NCBI GenBank assembly: GCA_963933835.1
Contig: CAWVVV010000006.1
Coordinates: 1 to 64,000, forward strand
From: an uncultured Puniceicoccaceae bacterium
GTDB lineage: Bacteria; Verrucomicrobiota; Verrucomicrobiia; Opitutales; Oceanipulchritudinaceae
Reading direction: 5' to 3'
Length of the DNA: 64,000 nucleotides
Part shown: positions 9,171-18,593 of the stretch, piece after piece
Layout of the letters: every line of letters begins with the position of its first letter
How positions within the stretch are numbered: position 1 is the first letter of the stretch
Translations under genes and position numbers: made by a program
The notes under the pieces: model-generated
Databases searched by the model: none
The model's input: only the letters and a program-made list of their open reading frames with translations
What the model was told of the DNA's origin: nothing

Positions 9171-11742
9171 TTTAGAGAGCCAGAAAGCTTTACGAGACCA
9201 ACTGCGCGCGACGCTCTTTGCAGAGCAGCCTTTACGTTCCACGCTCGAAAACGGGCTGACCGTTCTCCATCGACCGGATCATGCCGCGGGGCTGATTTCG
9301 GTTCAGCTCTGGGTCAAGACCGGCAGTATTCACGAGGGCCGCTGGCTAGGCTCGGGGATCTCGCACTATCTCGAGCATATGGTGTTCAAGGGCACGGCGA
9401 AGCGCGACGATGGTGATGTCGCCCGCGAGGTGCAGGAGCGGGGTGGCTCGATCAACGCCTACACCACGTTTGACCGAACGGTCTATTACGTGAACCTGCC
9501 TTCCGAACATCTTGATTTTGCCGTCGATCTGCTCACCGATATGGTCTTTTCGCCCACCCTGCGCGATGAGGATGCGGTGAAGGAGCGCGGTGTCATCCTT
9601 CGCGAGATCGATATGGGAATGGACGATCCGGATCAGCAGCTCTCCCACGCGCTCTTTGCCACCGCTTACCGAAAACATCCGTATTGTTGGCCTGTGATCG
9701 GGCGGAAGGATCTTTTCAGCGCGCTGACAGGTGAAGACCTGCGCGCTTATCACGCTGAACGCTACGATCCGTCGAACGCTGTCCTCGTTGTCGTCGGTGA
9801 TGCGGAAGAGGGCGCGCTTGAGACTGTTCTAGAAGAGCGCGTAAAGGGTTTCACCTCGAAACCGGTTGCGCCCGTTGTTGTCACGCCGGAGCAAATGCAG
9901 CTGGCGAAGCGGGAAAGTCGCTTATCGAGCGATGTCACGCTCTGCCGAGGAACGCTCGCGTATCGAATTCCCGGCATCGCTCATCCGGATGCGCCTGCGC
10001 TGGACCTATTGGCCTCGTGTCTAGGACATGGTCATAGCTCGCAGCTGTGGCGGAGTCTGCGCGATGACAAGGAATTGCTCCATGATATCTCGGCCCATGC
10101 ATGGAATCCGGGGGAGGGTGGACTGTTTTGTATTTCCTATGTTTGTGAACCCGGAAAGCGGGAGGTCGTCGAGGCCGCGATCGAGAATGAGATCGCACTT
10201 GTCGTGGAGAACGGCGTCGAAAAAGCGGCGCTCGAAAAAGCCAAACGCGGCGCATTGGTAAGCGAGGTGAATAGTCGCAAAACGGTGAGCGGACAGGCCT
10301 CGCGCCTCGGTCTCGCTGAAGTTGTTGTCGGTGATCTCGGCTACACTGAGGCCTATCTTGAAACGCTTCAGGAGCAAAGCCCTGCCTCTGTCCGCGAGGT
10401 CGCAAAACGCTATCTCGTGCGCAATACGCAGACAGCCGTTTCGCTCAACCAAAAGGTAGCGGATGAGGGTGCGAGCGTGCGCCGCCCCCAGAGCTCGGGC
10501 GCGGACGATTTTCAGCAGATCGATTTGCCCAATGGCGCAAAGCTGCTTTGGCAACACGACCAGCGCCTGCCAAAAGTTCACCTGCGTTTTGCCGCCCTCG
10601 GCGGGGCCCATTACGAGTCCGCTGAGCATCGCGGTATCACCGATTTGATCGCAGCGATGCTGACGAAAGACACCGATGCACGTTCGCATGCCTCGGTTTC
10701 GGAGGAAATCGAGCACGTCGGGGGGCAGTTCAGTGACTTCGCGGGGAACAACTCTTTTGGCCTTTCGCTTGAGGTGCTTTCACAGGATCTCCCCCTCGCG
10801 CGCACCCTGCTGCACGACGCCTTGCGTGCGCCGCGGTTTCTGCCCGATGTGATGGAGCGTGAGCGCGCGGGATTGATCGCTTCGGTGAAGGACCGTTGGG
10901 ACGACAATGTTGAGCGGGCTCACATGCTCCTGCGGGAAAAATTCTTTGGCTCCCATCCGCTCGCAATCGAGCCGGGAGGGACGGAAAAGACGCTCGCACA
11001 GATCTCAATCGATGACCTCCGCGCATATCATGAGCGCATGCTTGTCGGCGAAAATGCCATCCTCACCGTCGTTGGTGACTTTGACCCCGATCGAGATTTG
11101 GAACTCTTCAAGGAGATGCTCCTCGACTTGCCTAAATCGCAATTTGCTAAGCAAGAAGTTCCGTTTTCCCCGTCGCAGCAGTCAGCCCACGAGGTTCACG
11201 TGGCACGGGAGCAATCCGTCGTCCTTCTGGGATTTCCCGATCTTGGGATCAAGGCGCCACAAGAGCTCTGCGCTCAGATTCTCAACGCTGCTTGCGCAAG
11301 CATGGCGAGCCGGCTCTTCCGCATCGTGCGGGAGGAGAACAACCTCGCCTATTTTGTTTCTGCCCACCGTTCGCTGAGTTTGAATACGGGGATGTTTACC
11401 CTCTACGCTGGGACGCATCCGGATTCTGCGGATCAGGTCTTGGATGTTTTCCATGGCGAAGCGAAGCGCCTGCGTGAGGAGGGACTCACACCGGAGGAAT
11501 TTGATCGGGCGAGGATTCGCCTTAAAGGACAGATGCGAACCGGGCGCCAGGCGATTGGAGCGCGCGCGAGTCAAGCTAGCCTTAATGCCCTTTACGAACT
11601 TCCGATCAATGAGTGGAAGGACTATGACGCGCGTCTCGATGCGCTGACCCTGAACGATGTTCAGACCTACGCTGCCAGCCAGTTTCAAGCCAACCTCGGT
11701 GTCTCTTTGATTTTGGGGCCCAAGGCGGACGTAGCAGAGTAG
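9163..11742 (+). CDS. M16 (pitrilysin) family zinc peptidase, two-domain
   Basis: HYLEH inverted zinc motif, NAYTTFDRTVY, and a second inactive M16 half. Start chosen at ATG 9163, overlapping the upstream stop. Confidence 0.9.
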   Translation: MSDLESQKALRDQLRATLFAEQPLRSTLENGLTVLHRPDHAAGLISVQLWVKTGSIHEGRWLGSGISHYLEHMVFKGTAKRDDGDVAREVQERGGSINAYTTFDRTVYYVNLPSEHLDFAVDLLTDMVFSPTLRDEDAVKERGVILREIDMGMDDPDQQLSHALFATAYRKHPYCWPVIGRKDLFSALTGEDLRAYHAERYDPSNAVLVVVGDAEEGALETVLEERVKGFTSKPVAPVVVTPEQMQLAKRESRLSSDVTLCRGTLAYRIPGIAHPDAPALDLLASCLGHGHSSQLWRSLRDDKELLHDISAHAWNPGEGGLFCISYVCEPGKREVVEAAIENEIALVVENGVEKAALEKAKRGALVSEVNSRKTVSGQASRLGLAEVVVGDLGYTEAYLETLQEQSPASVREVAKRYLVRNTQTAVSLNQKVADEGASVRRPQSSGADDFQQIDLPNGAKLLWQHDQRLPKVHLRFAALGGAHYESAEHRGITDLIAAMLTKDTDARSHASVSEEIEHVGGQFSDFAGNNSFGLSLEVLSQDLPLARTLLHDALRAPRFLPDVMERERAGLIASVKDRWDDNVERAHMLLREKFFGSHPLAIEPGGTEKTLAQISIDDLRAYHERMLVGENAILTVVGDFDPDRDLELFKEMLLDLPKSQFAKQEVPFSPSQQSAHEVHVAREQSVVLLGFPDLGIKAPQELCAQILNAACASMASRLFRIVREENNLAYFVSAHRSLSLNTGMFTLYAGTHPDSADQVLDVFHGEAKRLREEGLTPEEFDRARIRLKGQMRTGRQAIGARASQASLNALYELPINEWKDYDARLDALTLNDVQTYAASQFQANLGVSLILGPKADVAE

Positions 11743-11807
11743 CACCTTCAGCTGATAAGAGATTTCCTCGCCCTTTGCTCTAGAATTGCTTTTTAAAAGA
11801 GGGACAG

Positions 11808-14680
11808 ATGTCTCTCCTTCGTCGCAGACCAGAGAAGAACGAGCGCCAAGGTTTTGCTTTGATCGTATCGCTCGTGCTCATGGCACTGATCGTTTTGCTT
11901 GTAGCAAGCATCGGGACTGTCGGGCGAGTGCAGGCACGGCTTGCTGAAACTCGCCAAGCCCAAGCCCTTGCACGTCAGCAAGCTCTCTATGGCCTAGGCC
12001 TCGCGATCGGGCAGCTTCAGGAGAGCGCTGGGCATGACCAGCGCATCACCGCGCGCGCCGAGATCCTTGGGCAGGGTCAGGCTGCTCAACCCTACTGGAC
12101 GGGTGTCTGGGACTTTACCCAGGGAGAAACTGAACCAACGCCGCGCTGGCTTGTGACGGAAGATCCGCTCGCAGCACAAGGGGCTCGCCCCGTTCCAACC
12201 CAAGCCCCCAATGATCCGATCACACTCGTAGGTTCGGGCACGGTAGGTGGAAGAACCGATTTAGAGGTCGCAGTCCCACAACTCGAACTCATGACGATCA
12301 ATCCCGCAGGCCAATCCGTCGTCACTGGCCGCATCGCCTGGTGGACCGCCGATGAAGGGGTGAAGGCGAGCCTCACGGCGGTGGAGAATCCGATCGTGGA
12401 TGACCTTGTCTGGCGCCAAGCGAATCCTGCTCCTCGCTGGGAGTCGCTTTTTAGTGATGTCGATCAAGATGACGTCACGACCGCTCAACGCATCGAACAA
12501 CTCCTTACCTACGCTCAGCTTGAGGATGAAGACAGCTTTGATGTCGATGACACTGTATTTGAAGATCACTACCACGACATCACCTTCGCCCATAATGGCC
12601 TCCTAACGAACCCGCTCGATGGGGGGGGCTGAAGTTAAATATTCAAGATGCGAAGGCGAACCCTGTTGACCGCTTCGATGATGTCTTTGGCAAAGGCGAT
12701 GTAGCAAGAGTTTGGGACGAATGGGTAGATGAAGAGATCTGGGTTGATTCAGACGTCGGTGGTAATCTACTGATGAAACCCATTACTGTTCCCGCGTATG
12801 AAGTGCTTCCCGATGGAATGCCGTATATGAATGTGACACCAGTGTTGTCAGAGATAACTCTCTTCATGGCGTTTTTTCATCATCATACTTATAATGAGCC
12901 AACGACTCGCCACTACTTCGACGCTGAGTTTACAAATCCTTTTCGATACAGTCTGCTCTTGGATGAGTCTGACTTTAGAGCCCTCACAATCAACGCATCG
13001 GGTCTTCCCGCTTATACCCTTACAGTCCAGGGAACAAATCCCGGAGAATTTGGTCCGTATGATTTAGATAAGATGCAAATGTCTTCTGGCACTGCCGCGA
13101 CGTCTTCGTGGATTGAGTTCGATAAGGTTCCGGAGGGTAATTATAGTGGAGAAGCAAAGCTGAATCCTGGTGAAGTGTATCGGCTTCGAGACCGAGACCC
13201 GGATGAAAATCCGCAAGGGCTGATAAAGCGAACGAATGTATCGGAGATGCGCTTAGGTTCGGCATTCAAAACAACGGGTGATAACATCACTTTGGCCGCT
13301 CGCTTTGACGAAGGTGAAAAAGTCTCTTTTGCGGTCTACAAAGGAGCATCCGTTGGGGTTGAGCCTATCTTCCTCTTAAACAACCTTTCCTTTGACAGCT
13401 TCCAGTATTTCTTCCCTGCCCCCTTAAGCAGTGAGTATGCGAGAGGTGAGAACCCAGATTTTGCAAATGGTGAACAAACGGTAGCTTTCCATGCTGCGAT
13501 CGGTCGGGACTTCGATTGGGAGTCAGGTGCTTCGGTAGACTTTCTTCGCCAAACGGATCTTCGGACTCCCGTATTTCCGATGGGTGAAGGGGCGGTGCGG
13601 ATGGCGAGTACAAACCCAGTAGATTTGCAGGATACAGATACGGGCATCCATCAAGAGACAGAGTTGTTTGCAGATAGTGCATGGCGCGATAGCACCTATG
13701 GAAGCTACGGCGATATGCGTCTCTACGATGTGCCGACTGGGGTTGCTCTGACCCTGGGATCGTATCGGCTTTTGCCATACAAAAGTCTACCGCCATACGC
13801 CTTGGGTAGCGCTCTTGGTTCACGTGAAGTAGAGGAGTTGAATACGGCCTTTGACCGCTACTTCTTATCAACGCCGTCAGCCTCCCTCGTAGGTGGATTT
13901 GATAACGCCCGGATCGCTGCTTTTTCGAACGCACCTACCTCAATTGATCCATTGGAAGAATCGGTAGGCCAATATCTCTTTCTCGACGGCGCCTTTAATT
14001 GGCATTCAACAAGTGCTTCGGCTTGGAAGGCAGCGCTTCATCAGACTTTCAGTGAAGTGCACCCGGTAACTTACACTGATCCATCGGGTCAGCTGAGGGA
14101 GATTTCGACAAGCCAAGGGGTGTCTGCAATTTTCAGACATCCGTTTGGGGCGATGAATCAGGTGGATCTCGAGGCGGATGTCACGATTTCGGGCATGTCG
14201 ATCAATGATCGCAGGCGAGTATATTTCCAGCAAGGAGTTCGGCTTTTGGATGAGGAGAGCCTGGATGACTTAAGCGAGGCAATAGTATCGGGATTGCAAC
14301 TACAGGAGATCCCATTTGCTTCTCTTTCCGACTTCTTGAATAACGGGCTGTTGGATCGAGCGATTGAGGGTTCGGGGATCAATGCGAAGTTCATGCCTCA
14401 TGCCAACGGCTACATTGGGCAGAGTGACTTGGCAGCAGTGCTCAGTTTGGCCCCGGCGGTGCGCTCGGATGTTTTTATTATTCGTGTTTCTAGTGAGATC
14501 GTGAATCCCGTGACTGGCGAAACTGAAGGTTCCGTTGCGCTCGAAGCTCGCTTGCAGCGGATTCCGGACTTTCTCGATGGTTCTTCAGCAGACTCAATCC
14601 CGAGCTCGACCAGTAGCGTGGCCGGCAGACGTTTTAAAATCCAATCCTTCCGATGGCTCGATCAATCAAACGATATTTAG
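11808..14680 (+). pseudogene. Large PilX/GspK-like minor-pilin-type protein split by a frameshift in a G8 tract
   Basis: Class III signal peptide RQG|FALIVSLVLMALIVLLV. ORF 11808-12632 stops right after G8 (12621-12628). G6 or G9 would read DGG(G)LKLNIQD... straight into ORF 12773-14680, which ends in ...GRRFKIQSFRWL. Confidence 0.75.
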
Positions 14681-15390
14681 GCTACGCCTGCGCATTCTTC
14701 ACAACGACGGTTTTGGTGTGTGGTCAAAGTAGTGCTCAAGAGGTGCCGACCTATTCTGGCACAATAGAGTTCTTCGTGAGAGGCTCAGGGAATTTTCGAA
14801 ACCTTACGATTTTCGAAGAGGCCGGCACTTCTTTGACGATCAACTTGTTCAATGGCCGCCGAAGTGCGTCCTATGACTACACTGGGCGCTTGGAGTATGG
14901 ATTGTTTCGTCAGACAGGGTTGATCGATGGTGTGCCTCAATACGTCCTTGCTGGAAAGGTCACCCTCTCGCCTAGCACGGCAGAAACCTTAATCCTTGTG
15001 ATCGAAAATCCTGCTTTTGGTGTAGACCCTGAAGCGACTGAGTTTCTCCTCTTTAGCACCGCCGACGATTTGCAGTCATTGCCGTGGGATCATATCGCTT
15101 TTTGGAATCTTACGGGTGCAGGGCTTGACGGTACTCTAGGTGACGAACTCTTCAAATTAGGCGACGGGCTCAATGATGCACAGTCTATCGAACCTTATCT
15201 CGAAGATAAGAGCACGATGATCGGACTTAGTATCCGTTTTAGTGGCCGTGATCGCGTCCTACTTCAGTCGAGAAAGCGCTTTTATCCGAACCGCCGCGTC
15301 CTCTTTGTGTTATTGCCGCCAGAAGACTCTGACAGCCTTGCAGTGGAGGTCTTTCGGATAACGGAAATCAACCGCGAGCTAGCGGAGTAG
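14653..15390 (+). CDS. Secreted hypothetical protein, partner of the large pilin-like gene
   Basis: 245-aa ORF with signal-peptide-like N-terminus, beta-rich, overlapping the upstream stop. Confidence 0.65.
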   Translation: MARSIKRYLGYACAFFTTTVLVCGQSSAQEVPTYSGTIEFFVRGSGNFRNLTIFEEAGTSLTINLFNGRRSASYDYTGRLEYGLFRQTGLIDGVPQYVLAGKVTLSPSTAETLILVIENPAFGVDPEATEFLLFSTADDLQSLPWDHIAFWNLTGAGLDGTLGDELFKLGDGLNDAQSIEPYLEDKSTMIGLSIRFSGRDRVLLQSRKRFYPNRRVLFVLLPPEDSDSLAVEVFRITEINRELAE

Positions 15391-15398
15391 GGGGCTAG

Positions 15399-15821
15399 CT
15401 ACTTCTTCCGTTGGTCGAAGGAGATGACTTGATCGTTTATGAAGCGAACGAGGCCGGTGATGCGGGTGTCGCCGCCGATGGTAGTCCCGACACTGGTGCC
15501 GATACCGACGTTGCTGCCGTATGAGCCGCCGCCAATCCCGATGCTGAAGGCTGGGGAGCTTTTGAGGTAGATCCAGCGCTCGACGTCGGCCTCGGCGCTC
15601 ACCTCGGTGGTGCGTTCATCGGGTTCGCCCCATGCCATGAGGACTTGCTCGGTCGTGAAGCCAACGGCGATTTCGCCTGATTGAATCGCGGTCTGGACCT
15701 CGGCAGACCAGCCGTCGAAAACAGCCTGATCAGCGGAGATGCGCTGGCTTGGAGACTTCGTTGCGCAACCGGATAGGATGAAGGCTGCGGCGAGGAGTAG
15801 AATCGAGGTTGTCTTTACCAT
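15399..15821 (-). CDS. Small lipoprotein with SmpA/OmlA-like domain
   Basis: MVKTTSILLLAAAFILSGC lipobox; GFTTEQVLMAWGEPD...ERWIY. Confidence 0.75.
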   Translation of the reverse strand: MVKTTSILLLAAAFILSGCATKSPSQRISADQAVFDGWSAEVQTAIQSGEIAVGFTTEQVLMAWGEPDERTTEVSAEADVERWIYLKSSPAFSIGIGGGSYGSNVGIGTSVGTTIGGDTRITGLVRFINDQVISFDQRKK

Positions 15822-15927
15822 GATGTGAAAACCTGCCTGATCGTGTTCCGGCTGGCAAGGGTACCCTGTGCGGTTTTTACGCCCAAAGGTTGACCGATCG
15901 GGGACTTGCCCTGCATCGTCTTCCACA

Positions 15928-17046
15928 ATGACTGAGCATCAGGAGAGCGTGTTTGATTCTGTGAATGTGGCGATCGAAGCCTTGGCCTCGGGCGGGCAGA
16001 TTATCGTGACCGATGACGAGGGCCGTGAAAACGAAGGCGATCTTGTGATGGCGGCGAGCAAAGCAACGGTTGAGCAGATCAATTTTATGATCCGGCATGC
16101 GCGCGGGCTGATTTGTGTGCCCATGATTGGCCACAGCCTAGAGCGCCTAGGCATCGCCGATATGGTTCCGCAGAACCGCGAGTCCTTCCGGACGGCATTT
16201 ACGATTTCGGTCGATGCAGCGCATGGGATCACCACGGGCATCAGTGCCTATGATCGGACCCAAGCAGTCTTGGCTCTCGCCTCGCCGGGCAGTACGCCGA
16301 CTGACCTTGTTCAACCGGGGCACATCTTTCCTTTGCGTTCGCGTGAGGGTGGGGTGCTGGAGCGAGCAGGGCATACCGAGGCCGCAATTGATTTGGTGAA
16401 AATGGCCGGCCTTGAGCCATGCGCCGTCATTTGCGAAATCCTCAGTGAAGATGGTTCCATGGCGCGACTGCCAGAGCTGACTGAGTTTAAGCGGGAGCAC
16501 GGCCTTCCGATGATCTCAGTCGCGCAGCTGATTGAGCATCGCCTCTCGGACGAGCGCCTTGTTGATCGCCTCTTCTCAAAGCCTTTCACGTCAGACTTTG
16601 GCGAATTTACCCTACACCAATACCGCTCTCGTAGTGATCACCGGATACATTCGGCGTTTTCGATCGGTGAGCTGGATCTTGAGCCGACCCTTGTTCGCGT
16701 GCAGGTAGAGAACGTTTTGCACGATGTCTTTCGTGCCAGTGGAAGTGATAGCTTTAGGACGATTGAAGATGGTCTCCGGCAGATTGCTTCCGCCGGGAAA
16801 GGCGTCTTCTTATACCTCGCTGGAGATAACACTGAGGTCACCGGACTGGAAGAATCGGCTCCGACGGACGCGCTCGCAGAGGTCGATAAAGAGCTCAGAC
16901 GGTATGGTATCGGCGCCCAGATTCTGACTGATCTTGGATTAAAGAAAATTCGTCTCCTCACTTCTCGTAAGAAGCGCTTGGTCGCGCTGCAAAGCTACGG
17001 GCTCGAAATTACCGAGCATGTTCCATTGCAAACGGAGCAGGACTGA
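15928..17046 (+). CDS. ribB: 3,4-dihydroxy-2-butanone-4-phosphate synthase with C-terminal degenerate GTP cyclohydrolase II domain (RibBX type)
   Basis: DDEGRENEGDL, GITTGISAYDR, PGHIFPL and RAGHTEA motifs. The C-domain has LVRVQ and YGIGAQIL but lacks the Zn cysteines. Confidence 0.9.
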   Translation: MTEHQESVFDSVNVAIEALASGGQIIVTDDEGRENEGDLVMAASKATVEQINFMIRHARGLICVPMIGHSLERLGIADMVPQNRESFRTAFTISVDAAHGITTGISAYDRTQAVLALASPGSTPTDLVQPGHIFPLRSREGGVLERAGHTEAAIDLVKMAGLEPCAVICEILSEDGSMARLPELTEFKREHGLPMISVAQLIEHRLSDERLVDRLFSKPFTSDFGEFTLHQYRSRSDHRIHSAFSIGELDLEPTLVRVQVENVLHDVFRASGSDSFRTIEDGLRQIASAGKGVFLYLAGDNTEVTGLEESAPTDALAEVDKELRRYGIGAQILTDLGLKKIRLLTSRKKRLVALQSYGLEITEHVPLQTEQD

Positions 17047-17081
17047 TCGATGGTTTTATTGATCGAGAACTGATCAGCAAA

Positions 17082-17567
17082 ATGGATACGTCTAATGTAT
17101 GGCGGGATGGTTGGGTTAAATGGCTGCGTTGGGTCGGAGTTCTCCCGCTGGGATTGATCCTTCTGTTTGCAATGTTCGCGCCCTTTGTCCCGGCATCCGT
17201 TGCGATGCACGAACGGCTCGTTGTGAATGCCTTTGGCAGTGCAGTCTACCTCGGGGTGTTCCTCGTTAGTATGTATCTTTTTAGCGATCCCACTCGGCGT
17301 GAGGGCGAGCGACGGTGGTCAGCATTTGTTCGTGCATTTGCGTGGGTGCGACTGTGGCACGGGATGGTGTTTGCAGCCGTAGCGACGGGTGCGCTGATCG
17401 GGGGAATTCTTTTTTCGCTAATTGGAACGCTAATAGGAATGGAGCCCGCTCCTTATAACATGCTATTATCTGGCCTCCGGGACGGTGCTTTCTATGTTTT
17501 TATTTGGGCTCCGGGCGCGAGCCTGATAGCTTGCGTTATGTTGGCTTTTCATGGCCGGAAGACTTAG
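17082..17567 (+). CDS. Hypothetical integral membrane protein (about 4 TM)
   Basis: Four hydrophobic stretches; same orientation as its neighbours. Confidence 0.6.
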   Translation: MDTSNVWRDGWVKWLRWVGVLPLGLILLFAMFAPFVPASVAMHERLVVNAFGSAVYLGVFLVSMYLFSDPTRREGERRWSAFVRAFAWVRLWHGMVFAAVATGALIGGILFSLIGTLIGMEPAPYNMLLSGLRDGAFYVFIWAPGASLIACVMLAFHGRKT

Positions 17568-17595
17568 TGATTGAAAACTTAAACCCTACAAAACT

Positions 17596-18315
17596 ATGAG
17601 CTCAGAATCCCCTGATAACGTTGCTCCTGGGTGTGACTACCCGCTCAACGCCTCCGCTCCGAAAGCCAACCGCGATGTCACGCAGTGGGTTGATCGAGTA
17701 ACGAAACTTCTTACGCCTGATCGCGCCTTGATGCTGCGATACTACCGCGGGACGCAGGTTTATATGGCGTCTCATCCAGATGTGCGTGCGTGCTTTCGAG
17801 GCAAGGAGCGCCCCACCGAATTTGGCGATAAGGTGTGGGATATGACCTTACGTCTGATGGCGTATCTGGAAGACAAGCCGGTTAAAAGTATTCTCGAGAT
17901 CGGTTGTGGATGGGGCTTGCTTGGGATTCATCTGGCACGCGTGCATCAGGCTGCCGTTCTTTGCAGCGATGTGGATAGGAAGCTCGAACCGATTGTCTTG
18001 AAACACGCTGAGCTGAATGGCGTTGATCTCAGCTTTTCCTCGATTGGCCTAGCGGATCTGCCAGACGAAGCCCTTGATGTGGATCTGATCGTGGGCTCTG
18101 AAATCTGTTATTGTGAGGAGCTAAAGGTTGAGCTCTGCGCCTTAGTTGAGAGAGCGAAGGAGGCAGGCGCTCGACGCTTTATGATTGCGGACCCAGGTCG
18201 TCCTGACTTTGAGGGCCTTTGTGATTTCTGTCGTGAAAAGTTTGATACAGATCTCATCGACATCCGATTGGAAGGTGAGACGAAACCCAGTTGGATTTTA
18301 TCGGTTCAGCTCTGA
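17596..18315 (+). CDS. Class I SAM-dependent methyltransferase (lysine-methyltransferase-like)
   Basis: FGDKVW, ILEIGCGWGLLG, DLIVGSEICY and ADPGR motifs. Confidence 0.8.
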   Translation: MSSESPDNVAPGCDYPLNASAPKANRDVTQWVDRVTKLLTPDRALMLRYYRGTQVYMASHPDVRACFRGKERPTEFGDKVWDMTLRLMAYLEDKPVKSILEIGCGWGLLGIHLARVHQAAVLCSDVDRKLEPIVLKHAELNGVDLSFSSIGLADLPDEALDVDLIVGSEICYCEELKVELCALVERAKEAGARRFMIADPGRPDFEGLCDFCREKFDTDLIDIRLEGETKPSWILSVQL

Positions 18316-18350
18316 CCTCAAAGGTTCAGTTAAAACGCTAAGGAGTGAAA

Positions 18351-18433
18351 TTGGAGGGACAGGCTCCCGCCTGTCCACCACGAGTGCACTGCTCCTGATT
18401 AGCTCAGCGGACCGACGGGAGCCGGTCCCTCCA
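18351..18433. repeat. REP-like inverted pair (GGAG-GGAC...GTCC family), copy 1
   Basis: TTGGAGGGACAGGCTCCCGCCTGTCC...GGACCGACGGGAGCCGGTCCCTCCA; the same element recurs at 28961-29046. Confidence 0.8.
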
Positions 18434-18480
18434 GTGGTGATCCCTAATCTGATTGGAATTTGTGGCAAACAACGAGGAAG

Positions 18481-18584
18481 GTAGGGCCGCTTGTCCCCAA
18501 GCGGCCGTAGTCGATTCTCAAAGGCGCTACTAGCCTGTGCGCTCAAGTTGCTCTGTTCGTCCCTCTAGGGACAGAGGTCCCTCC
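18481..18584. repeat. REP-like pair (GTAG/GGAG + hairpin)
   Basis: GTAG-GGCCGCTTG-TCCC-CAAGCGGCC hairpin, closed by an inverted degenerate GGAG-GGACCTCT..AGAGGGAC copy. Confidence 0.6.
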
Positions 18585-18593
18585 CTATGTGAA

